This document shows, in pieces, positions 61,782 through 64,000 of a stretch of DNA of 64,000 bases; within the stretch, counting starts at the first letter, position 1; each line of letters starts with the position of its first letter. The notes beneath the pieces are model-generated. The model had not been told where the DNA came from and searched no databases. It was given only the letters and a program-made list of their open reading frames with translations. The stretch spans positions 3,536,001-3,600,000 of the forward strand of contig CM075996.1 of assembly GCA_038087875.1 (NCBI GenBank), given 5' to 3'. The stretch comes from Malacoraja senta (lineage: Eukaryota). A program made the translations under genes and the position numbers.

Positions 61782-62102
61782 TAGCCCTGTCCCACAGTAC
61801 GAGTTCATTCCAAGAGCTCTCCCGAGTTTAAAAAAAAATCAAACTCGTGGTAAGCACGGAGAATGAACGTAGCGGGTACGTCGGAGCTCGGGGACGTCTC
61901 TTGGAGCTAACGGCAGGTACTCGGGAAGACTCGCTAACGGCAGGTAAGCACGGGAAGACTCGTGAAGATTTTTCAACATGATGAAAAATGTCCACGAGAG
62001 CCCCGAGTACCGACGAGCGGCCATTACCGTAAATCTCCGAGTTCGAATCAGGGCAAATTCGGGAGAGCTCTTGGAATGAACTCGTACCGTGGGACAGGGT
62101 TT
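61782..62102. mobile_element. PIF/Harbinger-like MITE, variant TIR subfamily (gap-truncated copy at 53772-53990)
   Basis: TIRs ..CCCTGTCCCACAGTACGAGTTCATTCCAAGAG / CTCTTGGAATGAACTCGTACCGTGGGACAGGG..; TAA TSD (61779-61781, 62103-62105). Confidence 0.85.
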
Positions 62103-62599
62103 TAACTATGGTGGAATATATAATTCTCAACCTTGGTCACCTTGAAACAAAACTGCTGGCAGAAGATCAGATCATATCCATTTATTTCTACTTGAGCCAT
62201 TATGTCACATACCTTGTTAAGAATGCAATGTGCATTTGGATAAAGAGCCTTCAATTTTGTCTCTCTCACTGGGAGTTATTTTCCTCAGCATCACCTGTGT
62301 GTGGGGTTGGTGCTGTTCAGAGTGCCTGAGGTTGGGAGATGGGGCCCTAAGTGCTTCCTGTGGCCGGTTAGTGTCTTCACCGCTGCTTATGGACGGTTGC
62401 TATTGTCCTCAGTACCGTCGGTGGCTCCGAATTACTGCTCTCTTGAGTGACCTTGGCTTGGAACTGTGCCCTTGGCCATGCGGCCGCGTGGAGATCATGT
62501 CTGTGAATGGATACTAGATCTCTGAGCACCGTCTGTACAGGGAGTCTGCACCGTCTGTGTGTGGGTGCCAGCCGTGTCTTGAGATCAGCACCGCATGTC

Positions 62600-63730
62600 T
62601 CTCTGTTTTAGTGTAACCCGCTGCCAACTGTGTCTGGAGGTCGGCAGCGTCTGTGTCTCGGGTTTGGGGGTGTCTGTGTCTGGGGGTCTGTGCTGTCGGT
62701 GCCTGGGTGTCTGAACTGTCTGTGTCTGAGTGGCACTGCTGGTGCTGTCTGTGTCTGGAGCTCGGCAGTGTCTGTGTCTGGGAGGGTGTAGTCTGTATCT
62801 GGGGGGTGTCTGGGAGTGTGTAGTCGTGTCTGGGGGTATTTGCTGTCTATGTCTGGCGGTGTGTGCTGTCTGTGTCTGGGAGTGTGTGCAGTCTGTGTCT
62901 GGGGGATGTCTGGGAGTGTGCAGTCTGTGTCTGGGAGTGTGTGCAGTTGATGTCTGGGGGTATTTGCTGTCTGCGTCTGGTGGTGTGTGCCGTCTGTGTC
63001 TGGGAGTGTGTGCCATCTGTGTCAACGGACAATAGATGCAGGAGTAGGCCATTCGGCCCTTCGAGCCAGCACCGTCATTCAATGTGATCATGGCTGATCA
63101 TCCCCAATCAGTACCCCGTTCCTGCCTTCTCCTCATATCCCCTGACTCCGCTATTTTTAAGAGCCCTATCTAGCTCTCTCTTGAAAGCATCCAGAGAACC
63201 TGCCTCCACCGCCCTCTGAGGCAGAGAATTCCACAGACTCACCACTCTCTGTGAGAAAAAGTGTTTCCTCGTCTCCGTTCTAAATGGCTTACCCCTTATT
63301 CTTAAACTGTGGCCCCTGGTTCTGGACTCCCCCCAAGATCGGGAAGATGTTTGGGGAGTGTGTGCCATTGGTGTCTGGGCAGTGTGTTTCATCTGAGTCC
63401 AGGGGTGTGTCCCATCTGTGATTGGGGGTGTGCGCTGTCTGTGTCTGGAGGTCTGTGCCATTTGTGTCTGCGGATTGGAGGCATCCTTGTCTGGGAGTCT
63501 GCGTCATCTCTGTCTGGGGAGATGGCACCGCTGGTGCCTTGTGTATCTGGGGTCTGCTCCATCTGTGTCTGTGGGTACCGTGGGGCGTCTGTGTCTGGGT
63601 GTCTGTGCCTGGTGGCCAGCTCCGTCTGTGCCTGTGGGTCTGTGTTTGCAGTCACTGTTCACCGTCTGTGTCTGGGTCAGATAGCCGGCTCCGCCTGTGT
63701 CTAGGTGGGGCACTGTCTCTGTCTGGACGT
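62600..63730. repeat. Degenerate (GTGTCTG)-rich minisatellite with a CR1 3' fragment inserted at 63028-63352 (-)
   Basis: Repeated CTGTGTCTGGG units; CR1 ORF end within 63108..63461. Confidence 0.85.
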
Positions 63731-64000
63731 CGGGTGCTGTCTGCCCTGAGTGCGGGTGGTGGGTGGCAGTCAGCAGGCGAAGGAGGGAACTGCAGATGCT
63801 GGTTTGCACCGAAGATAGACACAAAAAGCTGGAGTAACTCAGCAGGACAGGCAGCATCTATGGAGGAAAAAGATGGGTGATGTTTTGGGTCGAGACTCTT
63901 CTTTAGTCAGATGATTCAATTCAGGTGAGAGGGGAAAGGTTTAATAGGAACCTGAGGGCAACCTTTTCACACAGAGGGTTGTGGGTGTATGGAACGAGCT

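Larger units (their letters stand above)
47728..62000 (+). repeat. Tandem near-identical segments 47728-53990 and 54191-62000, separated by an N gap
   Basis: Collinear high identity including all nested repeats; the second copy carries ~1.5 kb extra at ~56400-57900. Confidence 0.95.

Overview
Repeat-dense vertebrate non-coding DNA, most likely from a cartilaginous fish (skate/ray-like). This is inferred from its HE1-type V-SINEs, abundant young CR1 LINE 3' ends, Deu-domain SINE remnants, and Rex1/Babar, L2 and Penelope-like (PLE) fragments. No intact host CDS is recognisable; the recognisable ORFs in the track are retroelement remnants or simple-repeat read-throughs, and the rest match nothing I can identify. 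A probable promoter and 5' exon region of an unidentified + strand gene lies at about 13.4-14.8 kb (X-box, CRE/E-box, two strong splice donors), so much of the rest may be intronic. The most striking system is a family of short PLE-derived insertions (about 35-40 fragments by eye) carrying a minimal hammerhead-ribozyme-like core (CTGAAGA-A-GGGT-N4-ACCC-GAAACGTC). Many have their own 10-19 bp target-site duplications, and several are fold-back palindromes whose axis sits just upstream of the ribozyme core. Other structures: a 678 bp-arm inverted duplication (3806-5515), an ~85 bp-arm hairpin in unique sequence (46667-46849), PIF/Harbinger-type MITEs and cryptic ~40-46 bp minisatellites. A 6-8 kb tandem duplication around a 200-N gap is probably a haplotype assembly artefact. 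Coordinates of degenerate repeats are approximate.
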